Shown: piece after piece, positions 53,184 to 64,000 of the stretch
How the letters are laid out: each line of letters starts with the position of its first letter
How positions within the stretch are numbered: the first letter of the stretch is position 1
The notes under the pieces: model-generated
What the model saw: the letters and a program-made list of their open reading frames with translations, nothing else
Databases searched by the model: none
What the model was told of the DNA's origin: nothing
From: Octopus vulgaris
Taxonomy: Eukaryota
Direction: 5' to 3'
Length of the DNA: 64,000 nucleotides
NCBI GenBank assembly: GCA_951406725.2
Contig: OX597835.1
Span: 13,764,001 to 13,828,000 of the forward strand
Position numbers and translations under genes: made by a program

Positions 53184-53620
53184 AAGGTGACGAGCTGGCA
53201 GAAACGTTAGCATGCCGGGCGAAATGCTTAGCGGTATTTTGTCTGCTGCTACGTTCTGAGTTCAAATTCCACCGAGGTCAACTTTGCCTTTCATCTCTTC
53301 GAAGTCGATTAAATAAGTACCAGTTACACACTGGGGTTGATATAATCGACTTAATCCGGTTGTCCCCTCTGTGTGTAGCCCCTTGTGGGCAGTAAAGAAA
53401 TAAGAAACGTTAGCACGCTGGCCGAAATGCTTAGCAGTATTTCATCTGCTACTACGTTCTGAGTTCAAATTCCACCGAGGTCGACTTTGCCTTTCATCCT
53501 TTCAGGGTCGATTAAATAAGTACCAGTTATGCACTGGGGTAGATATAACCGACTTAATCCGTTTGTCTGTCCTTGTTTGTTCCCTCTGTGTGTAGCCCCT
53601 TGTGGGCAGTAAAGAAATAA
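53184..53620 (+). mobile_element. SINE family B dimer with a different junction
   Basis: Joined at AAAGAAATAA|GAAACGTTAG (~53403). Confidence 0.8.
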
Positions 53621-55789
53621 GAAACACATTAAGCCATTTTACATTGATTTCTCCATGCTAGCATGGGTTTCCACTTACCAAATCTACTCACAACACTGTT
53701 TGGTTGAGGGCATTAGAAGGACACTTGACCAATGTGCTACACAGTGCGAATGAACCTGAAACTAAGTGACATCCTAGGAAAGCATCTTCTACACACATTT
53801 ATATGTGGTCAAGTTATTGGCTGGTATCGATGTGGGAAGACAAATCAAGATCTATGAAGTGATTTTGGCCACCACTCAGTTATTCAATGGAATGGTCTAA
53901 TTAGAGGTTTTGTCTTCTAAGCAGGTACATTTACGAATTTAATTGTTATTTGGGGGATTTATTATAACTTTAATTTGATAAGATCCAAAGGAAAACATTG
54001 GGAAACAACGATATCAATGAATTTATATGTGGCCAAGTTATTGGCTGGTATCGATGAGGAAAGATAAACCAAGAATTAGCACGGCTTTCCTCAATATCAA
54101 TCATTAAATAGCCAACAACATAGACCAAAGGAGGACTGAGAAGGGTCAGAGGTCACAGAAAGTATCTGCAGGAGAGAGAGAGAGGGCAATAGAATGGGAA
54201 GTTCTTTAATATCAACTTGCAGCTGTTAGATTGTGGATTTCATGGATATGTCACCTTGATGTGTAAGGACAATATTGAAAGACCTTAGATGGGAATTAAG
54301 AGTTTCCCAAAAGAAGTTGATGATTTCAAAAGCTAATAACTCTAAAAGGTTTGACTGAGATAAAAAGTTCAGAAAACCACAATTATATGGTCCAATAAAA
54401 GTAAATTCCACCATTTTACCATTTCAGGTGCCACATAAAAAAAAACAAAAAAACACTGCTGCTGGTGTGACATAAAAAGCACGCAGAACACTCTGTAAAG
54501 TGACTGGCATGTTAGGATAGGCATCTAGCAGTAGACACCATGCAAAAACAAACAACAGGGCCTAGTGTGGCCCCGCCAGTCTTACCAGCCCCTATCAAAC
54601 TGTCCAACCCATGCCAGCATGGAAAACGGATATACTAAATGATGGCAACGATGATGATAGATGCATGTGTGGCACAATGAAACTGAGACACAAAAGCCAC
54701 ATCGTTAACAAGGAATAATTAAACTCCAAAGAATTAGAGTTATGGTAAGAGGCGGGGGGGAGAATTTGGGTAACAGGAAGACCAGAGTTCATTTTTATTG
54801 AAAACCATTTAACTCTCTTCATAGCACCCATGCCAGACACCGATCCTGGTTCTATGATACACATTTCCTGCTTTGAAATAATCTAAATTAAATTTGCCAT
54901 CAAAGTTTCACGTTAATTTATGTTCCAAACAATGTTTTAATGGTAACGAAGTTATTTGGCTAAATTTTCAAAATTAATTGAAACAAAGGCAGCGTATTTT
55001 AAAAGTGATGTGAAGGTGCGTGGCTCAGTCGTTAGAGCATCAGGCTCACAATCATGAGATAGTGAGTTCAATTCCCAGCCCAGGCTATGTGTTGTGTTCT
55101 TGAGCAAGACACTCTATACCATGTTGCTCCAGTTCACTCATCTGTAAAAATGAGTTGTGATGTCACTGGTGCCAAATTGTGTCAGCCTCTGCTTTTCCCT
55201 TGGATAACATCAATGGTGAGGGAGAATTCTGATTTTTTATTTAATTTTCATCTGTCTTGCCCGCATTTTCGTTCTGGTGTCCGCTGAATTTTTCCTCTAG
55301 AGAACATTCTTTTCTTTGTAGTTTGATCGTAGGTGATCTACTTCTAGCATACGGCCGACCACATAGTGGCTTGCCCTCCGAATATACACATGTATATATA
55401 TATATATATATATATACAGATACACACATACATATAGATGCATGCATACATACATCATTATTTGATATCTGTTTTCCAAGCTGGCATGGCTGGAGCAGGA
55501 GCTGGTGAAGAACCAGAGGACTGCTCCAAGCTCTATTGTCTGCTTTGGAATGGTTTCTACGGCAGGATGCCCTTCCTAATGCCAACCACCTTGCAAAGTG
55601 CACTGGGTGCTTTTTACGCAGCACCAACTAGGTCACCAAGTAACTTGCAAGACAAAGACCTTTCGGATGAGTGGTGGGGAGAGAGAGAGAGAGAGAGAGA
55701 TGGGGGCGAAAATGTGACAGAGCATACCCTCAAGAGAAACTACTGAAGCATGGAGATGGAAATGGTTGGGTCGAGTTCTTTTTTCTTTT

Positions 55790-56189
55790 TTTCTTTTTCC
55801 TTGTTTCAGTCATTTTGACTGCGGCCATGCTGGAGCACCGCCTTTAATCGAGCAACTCGACCCCGGGACTTATTCTTTTGTAAGCCCAGTACTCATTCTA
55901 TCGGTCTCTTTTGCCGAACCACCAAGTGACGGGGACGTAAACACACCAGCATCGGTTGTCAAACAATGCTAGGGGGACAAACACAGACACACAAACATAC
56001 ACACATATATATATATACATATATACGACGGGCTTCTTTCAGTTTCCGTCTACCAAATCCACTCATAAGGCATTGGTCGGCCAGGGGCTATAGCAGAAGA
56101 CACTTGCCCAAGGTGCCGCGCAGTGGGACTGAACCCGGAACCATGTGGTTGGTAAGAAAGCTACTTACCACACAGCCACTCCTGCGCCT
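55790..56189 (-). mobile_element. SINE family A
   Basis: Full-length copy. Confidence 0.85.
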
Positions 56190-56204
56190 AGTTGGTCGCT
56201 ATAA

Positions 56205-56430
56205 ACCAAACTCAAATGTCAGGATCACTTTGCAATGGGTTCCACAAGGTCAAAGACGACGTGGCTGATCAAAGGAAACTTGGTGGAGAACAATAACGAA
56301 AGATCTAAAAAGCAGAGGGTTAACAATGGAACAAGCTGTCAAGGACGAATTCAGTGTTAGGAAGTGGAATGATCTTGCTGTTGCCTCAAGTGTCACAAGG
56401 CACAATGAGAACAGAATGAATGAATGAATA
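56205..56430 (+). mobile_element. RTE-clade LINE extreme 3' fragment
   Basis: LQWVPQGQRRRG*SKETWWRTITKDLKSRGLT; (AATG)n tail. Confidence 0.6.
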
Positions 56431-56579
56431 CCCTCAAGATACAATGAAGTGAATATAAGCGGAAGAGAAATGGATCCATTTCCTATTACACAAACCTGAA
56501 ATGTATATATTAAATAGTTTCAATATATCGCTATTTGGTTGGACATCATTATGACAACTATATATATATATATATAATG

Positions 56580-56773
56580 GGAAAGTTTACGAAAATAAAC
56601 AAAAGACGAAGGCAGGTGGAGTACAAACAAACAAATGTATTAGTATGGTGCTCAGGAATAGAAATAGAAAAACTGTTTTACATTTCGAGCCTACGCTCTT
56701 CGACAGAAAGATACACAGAAAAAAACAAGTAGAGAAAAAAATGCATGTAGGAGCTAAGGATCTATCATGGCGT

Positions 56774-56775
<2 letters not shown>
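56580..56775 (-). mobile_element. Penelope-like element terminal-repeat fragment in (TA)n
   Basis: Minus strand CTGTCGAAGAGCGTAGGCTCGAAATG at 56706-56681; flanked by (TA)n. Confidence 0.55.
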
Positions 56776-56807
<32 letters not shown>

Positions 56808-57437
56808 CCGCCTGACTGGCCCTTGTGCCGGTGGCACATAAAAGCACCCACTACACTCTTGGAGTGGTTGGCATAAGGAAGAGCATCCAGCTGTAGAAAC
56901 ACTGCCAGATTAAGATTGGAGCCTGGTGCAGCCATCTGGTTCGCCAGTCCTCAGTCAAATCGTCCAACCCATGCTAGCATGGAAAGCGGACGTTAAACGA
57001 TGATGATGATGATATATATATACACACACACATATGTATTATGCGAAGGCACATGGCCTAGTGGTAAGGTGTATTGCACTCGTAATCATTGTTGGTGGTG
57101 GTGGTGATGTTGATGATGGTGGTAGTCTCTCAAAATCCAAGAAAGATGGTTCTGCAGTTCCCAACAGAACAGCCAGCACAAATGATCTGTTTAAAGTGAT
57201 CAAATATGTGTGCCATACATTAAACTCACTCTCCATTCGAATCGACATTGCCTGCACAGGTGCACGAGTGTGCCACGCGTCAGATGTCAAAGTGCTTGCA
57301 AAGCAGCATGAGATTAAGAACAGAATGCATCACCCAGTTCAGGAACTGAAACCATGACCTTGCAATCAAGAGTACAACATCCTAACCACTAGGCCATATA
57401 TCCTACACACACACACACACGGCTGAGTGGTTTCAAC

Positions 57438-57773
57438 CAGTGCCCCCGCAACCATTTTTCACATGCGGTACACTTATGTTCTTTTGAAAAACATAAACCA
57501 AAACATAAAAATAAAAATAATTAATATAACATATAAAATATAAAAATTTAAAAATTTAAATTATTTAAATTTAAATTTAAAATCATTAATTTATATTTGT
57601 AAATTTTTATTTTTATTTATATTTATTATTATTTTTATATATATATATTTTTTAATTAAATATATATAACTATCAAAAAAAGCATGAGCAAAAATAACGG
57701 GAAAAAAATTATATTCAGGTTACACTGGGGCACACCTGGCATCGTCTCATGGCACACTGGTTGCAGAACACTA
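57438..57773. mobile_element. Degenerate hAT-like MITE with AT-rich interior
   Basis: Ends CAGTGCCCCCGCAACCA / TGGTTGCAGAACACTA; TSD not clear. Confidence 0.45.
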
Positions 57774-57778
57774 GTTTA

Positions 57779-58380
57779 GGGCGGCGAACTGGCACAATCG
57801 TTAGCAGGCCGGGCGAACTGCCTAGCGGAATTTCGTCTGCCGTTGCGTTCTGAGTTCAAATTCCGCCGAGGTCGACTTTGCCTTTCATCCTTTCGGGGTC
57901 GATAAATTAAGTACCAGTTACGCGCTGGGGTCGATGTAATCGACTTAATACCTATGTCTGTCCTTGTTTGTCCCCTCTGTGTTTAGCCCCTTGTGGGTAG
58001 TAAAGAAATAGGTATTTCGTCTGCCGTTACGTTGTGAGTTCAAATTCCGCCGAGATCGACTTTGCCTTTCATCCTTTCGGGGTCGATAAATTAAGTACCA
58101 GTTACGCACTGGGGTCGATGTAATCGACTTAATACCTATGTCTGTCCTTGTTTGTCCCCTCTGTGTTTAGCCCCTTGTGGGTAGTAAAGAAATAGGTATT
58201 TCGTCTGCCGTTACGTTGTGAGTTCAAATTCCGCCGAGGTCGACTTTGCCTTTCATCCTTTCGGGGTCGATAAATTAAGTACCAGTTACGCACTGGGGTC
58301 GATGTAATCGACTTAATACCTATGTCTGTCCTTGTTTGTCCCCTCTGTGTTTAGCCCCTAGTGGGTAATAAAGAAATAGG
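57779..58380 (+). mobile_element. tRNA-derived SINE family B, trimer of a ~184-bp unit
   Basis: Head GGCGGCGAACTGGCACAATCGTTAG...GAGTTCAAATTCC; central GACTTTGCCTTTCATCCTTTCGGGGTCGATAAA; new units start at 58012 and 58196. Confidence 0.85.
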
Positions 58381-58869
58381 TTTACACATCCACTTTTCAA
58401 CCATGTGGTTTTAGGTTCAGTTCCACTGCACAGTGCCTCTAATATGAACGTTAATCAAACAAACCATTGAGTGTAGGTGGTCGAATAGACAGCAGCTGAA
58501 AGCTTGCCACGTGCAGGTGTGAGAGTGGAGCATTTGTTTGTGTGCATATATGTGTGTGTGTGTCTGTGTGTGTGCATGGATCCGTGTGTTCATTTGTGAT
58601 TCTGCAAAGCTCACTCCGTCACAAGCCACAATGTTTGTTGTCATTCGCTCTGCCAATGAATCATCTGATGGCTTTGAACTTTCAGAGGTGTGTAAAATAA
58701 CTGATTTGTTTATTTGCGAAACAGTTGAAGGATAGTAAACAGGAAGGGTGTTTGGATGCAAAACACTGCTTCGGTAATATATTCAGTCCATGCTAGCATG
58801 GAAAAACAAATATTAAAGCAAAGAAGGAAAAAGACGTGGGAGCATACAGACGTATGTTTGTGTGTTGTT

Positions 58870-58912
58870 ATATACATACATACGCACACACAATGCATCA
58901 TTAAATATATGC

Positions 58913-58947
<35 letters not shown>

Positions 58948-59156
58948 TATACACATACACAAACAAACATGCATATATAAACATATACATATATATAAAC
59001 ACACACACATACACAAACAATGCATATATAGATATATGCATATATATATATATATATATACATATATATACATATATATGTACACATATACAAATAATGC
59101 ATATATATATATATATATACAAAAACAAACCTAACGCATAAATATATGCATACGTC

Positions 59157-59189
<33 letters not shown>

Positions 59190-59988
59190 TATATGTGTGT
59201 GCATATATATACACATACAAGCATAATGCATATATGTAAATATGTGCATATATATATACATGCACATACACATGCACACACACACATATACACGCACAAT
59301 CATGTATATAAACATATGCACACACACACACGCATACATAAATATATACAAATGCATATATATATATATATATATACATACATACAAAGCTATATATCAT
59401 CATCATCATTGAACATCCGTTTTCCACAGTACTGTGTAGGACAGTTCAACAGGATTCGTCAAACCAGAGGACTGCATCAAACTCCAATGCCCGCTCTGGT
59501 GTGGTCTCCACGGTTGGGTGATCTTCCTGATGCGAACCTCTCTACAGAGTGAACCGGATGCTTTTATCATGGCACCCGCACTATTGAGGTCACCAAATAT
59601 ATTACAAGGCAAGACCCCTCATTCAGTCGAGTGTCAGTGTAAAATACATAAACACACACATACAACACGTGTACATATACACAGGTACAAACACATAGAC
59701 AAAAAAACAGACACACACACACACATTGATAAACACTCACACACACACATATATATATATCATCATCATCATCATCGTGTATATATATATTATATAGACA
59801 CATAAATAGGTAGATGGATATACAGATATACAAACAGATAATTAGATATATATGATGGATGGATGGATAGAAAAATACATCAATAGTCAGATGAATAGAT
59901 ACAGTGAAATGGATAGATATGACCGAGAGATAGGTAGATAGAAATAACATATAGACATCTTGATAGACAGACAGACAAACATAGATAT

Positions 59989-60019
<31 letters not shown>

Positions 60020-60136
60020 TATAGACAAACAGACATGGATGGATGGATAGATAGATAGATAGATGAGGAGATAAAAATAGAGACAGAGAGAGAGAGACAC
60101 TTAGAAAGATAGACAGATAGATAACTAGAGGCAAAC

Positions 60137-60198
<62 letters not shown>

Positions 60199-60335
60199 CT
60201 ATAGAGATAGATAGATAGATAGAGACAAGGAGATAAAAAAATATATATATATATAGAGAGAGAGAGAGACATAGAGAGATAGATAGATAGATAACAATAG
60301 AGAAAGATAGAGAGAGAGCGGATAGAAAGATAGAT
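58870..60335. repeat. Low-complexity block: (TA/CA)n, then (GATA)n/(GA)n, with a degenerate retroelement at ~59400-59630
   Basis: Direct reading. Confidence 0.85.
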
Positions 60336-61474
60336 ATGTGCTGATAAAGTGAAAGAAACAGATGTGTCTGCTAAATCGAACCCAATAAAGAAAGGCAGAA
60401 TCTTACCTTTTTGGTATGAAAATATCCCTCCCAGAACTAGCGATTTTGGTCAAAGGTTAGTGCCAAAACAAACCTAAATCCTAGACAAGGTTCGATCGGA
60501 AAGACACAACGATTACATAAGTGTACATAAATAAATCTTGTAATTAAGAGAGAGTGGCAGGTGAGGCAATGGTGCTCCTCTTCTCTATCATAATTGCTCG
60601 CATCTCCTCCTCTTTCTCTTCAATCATTCTATTTTACTCTCTCTCTCTCTCTCTTTTCCTCCATTCATTTTGCTCTCATTTTACTCCCTGCCACTTACTT
60701 GCAAGTGGTTGCTCCGCCTGCTAAGAATAGCAACCAAATCTTTAAGCCATACTCTCTGCAAGCTTACAAAAAGACGAGCGCACACATCTGATAATGTAGT
60801 CCTAGATATCCTCTAACTATCATCCTCACCACACACACACACACACAAAGAAAGAAAAGAAGAAAATAATAAAGCTAGGATGGTTACGTTAGGAATATGC
60901 TTTACCATAGGCCTGCTCGATCAGCACTGACCTTGGGTTAAACAATAACAGCTCGGAGAATATTTATTCCTTTATTGCCCACAGGGAGGTTAAACATTAC
61001 TCTCTAAAATGCTCGGTTAGGCTAAACATTGAGGGGACAAACAAGGACAGACAAAGGGATTATTAAGTCGATTACATCACCCCCCCCCCACCAGTGCGTA
61101 ACTGGTACTTAATTTAATCGACCCCCGAAAGGATAAAAAGACAAGAGTCGACCTCGGCGGAATTTGAACACTCGGGAGAATATTAATGCAGAGATAGGGG
61201 AGAGGAAGGAATTAAATGGGGAAAAGACGAAGAAATAAATTATTTATTTACTAGTAAACTCTGGACATATGGGTCGGAGTTTGGTACAAACAAGAGTATA
61301 TAAGACAGGGTGTTTATATAACCTTCCTGGGTTCCAGTCGACAATGTAGCACAAACCAAAACCGATGGGGGATAATCATTTTAATTACTGTAATTAAAAT
61401 TGGAATGAATCTTTCGTTCCGTAAGTAGTTTTACTAGGTGCAACAATCGTATTATCTGTCTATCTATTTATATG

Positions 61475-62500
<1,026 letters not shown>

Positions 62501-63579
62501 TATAATGACTTGAGGAATGAGTAGGTAGTGGATAGAAGCGCAGAATGGAAGAAGGCTAAACCCGCAGGAACCATACGGAAGGAGACCAGGATGGATGGTA
62601 AGAATTAATGTTACCATCTGATATATCTAACCATTCCTTGTACTTGGTTTGCGATTTTCAACACCAATACTTCAACCACCAAGCTTAACTGTTACAACAA
62701 TTAAGCAATAATGACAATAATAATGATAATAATTGGCAATAATTGGCCGTGGGGGGTGAGGTTTTGTTTACTCAGGGAGGAGAGAAAAAAAAAACTTTTA
62801 AAAGGAAACGACTAACTGTTGGAATAAAGGATAGGATTATAGCAAAGAAGGAAATTATAAAGGGGAAAATAATGGTAAAGAAAGGGGTATTAGATTTGGT
62901 AAGAGTGTATATAGTGAGGTGTGTAGAGTTGTGTATAGAACAGAGTGTTTATTGTTAAGTTTGGGAGATATAAACATACATTACAGGTAAATAGGTTTAG
63001 TGAGAGAGAGAGAGGGGTGTAAGGAAAGAGTTCAGTGCATCGCGGTCATAAAGTCGGGGATTGGTTTTAGCAAGAGTTTGTATTGCAAACTGATCCCTTA
63101 TTTCGTAACCAGTTGTTACATATATATATATATATATATACTAAACTACATACAAAAAAAAAACCAGGCAAAAATATAAGTCTGGCGATTACGTCGGATA
63201 TCAGTGACCGAAGATGAGGAAATGAGGGAAACGGGAATGAAGAAAACGACGACGAACGCCTGGTAAAGTCTCTTACCTTCAACCACAGACACTGGAACGT
63301 AAAATTTTCTCCAGTGGAAAAGGCCTTAGATCAATTTGCTAAGGACAAAACCAAACATAGTAACAGCCATTACTGTTATTCCATGACGTCACAAACACTT
63401 TGGGAAGAAGACGAAAATAATGAGTTCATAGGAGTTACCTCCCTTCTTTTCTCCTCGCTTTTATTATTTATTTATTTATTTATTTATTTTTTCCTCTCTC
63501 CAACATTTCAACACCTTTCCTTGCTTCCCCACTCCCCCACACTCGACGTCTTCTCCTGATTTCGTTCCCGAATTAATTT

Positions 63580-64000
63580 ACTCTTTTTTACTCTTTTTTA
63601 CTCTTTTTACTTGTTTCAGTCATTTTGACTGCGGCCATGCTGGAGCACCGCCTTTTAGTCGAGCAAATCGACCCCGGGACTTATTCTTTTTTTTGTAAGC
63701 CCAGTACTTATTCTATCGGTCTCTTTTGCCGAACCGCTAAAGTTACGGGGACATAAACACACCAGCATCGGTTGTCAAGCAATGCTAGGGGGGACAAACA
63801 CAGACACACAAACACACACACATATATATACATATATACGACAGGCTTCTTTCAGTTTCCGTCTACCAAATCCACTCACAAGGCATTGGTCGGCCCGGGG
63901 CTATAGCAGAAGACACTTGCCCAAGATGCCACGCAGTGGGACTGAACCCGGAACCATGTGGTTGGTTAGCAAGCTACTTACCAAACAGCCACTCCTGCGC
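63580..64000 (-). mobile_element. SINE family A (head reaches the window end)
   Basis: Collinear with the other family A copies. Confidence 0.85.

Noticed and set aside
53797-54074. ~55-bp direct repeat 224 bp apart
   Set aside because: No TSD, TG..CA ends or internal coding; looks like a simple old local duplication

Overview
Repeat-dense, AT-rich eukaryotic genomic DNA, most likely from a coleoid cephalopod (Octopus-like SINE families; inferred, not searched). The only confident protein-coding feature is a 1320-nt minus-strand exon (24639-23320) carrying the N-terminal half of the deubiquitinase TRABID/ZRANB1: three NZF zinc fingers, a 25-Gln tract, the ankyrin-type UBD and the start of the OTU region. 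I found no downstream OTU exons in the window, so the next intron is probably >23 kb. The rest is intronic or upstream DNA filled with tRNA-derived SINEs, (GAT)n-tailed non-autonomous retroelements, LINE 3' fragments (CR1, RTE, R4/Dong-like), a deleted mariner, Helitron, hAT and piggyBac-type MITEs, Penelope-like termini and micro/minisatellites, with one 100-N gap. Main leads: (1) the TRABID exon is exactly 440 codons, stays stop-free when back-spliced, and is flanked by inverted SINE pairs, making it a circRNA and rolling-circle translation candidate; (2) it is bracketed by two same-orientation Helitron copies; (3) two long near-perfect palindromes lie at 42.9-43.6 kb; (4) SINE multimers share an identical head-to-tail junction at independent loci. 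Almost all other ORFs in the track are microsatellite or TE artefacts.
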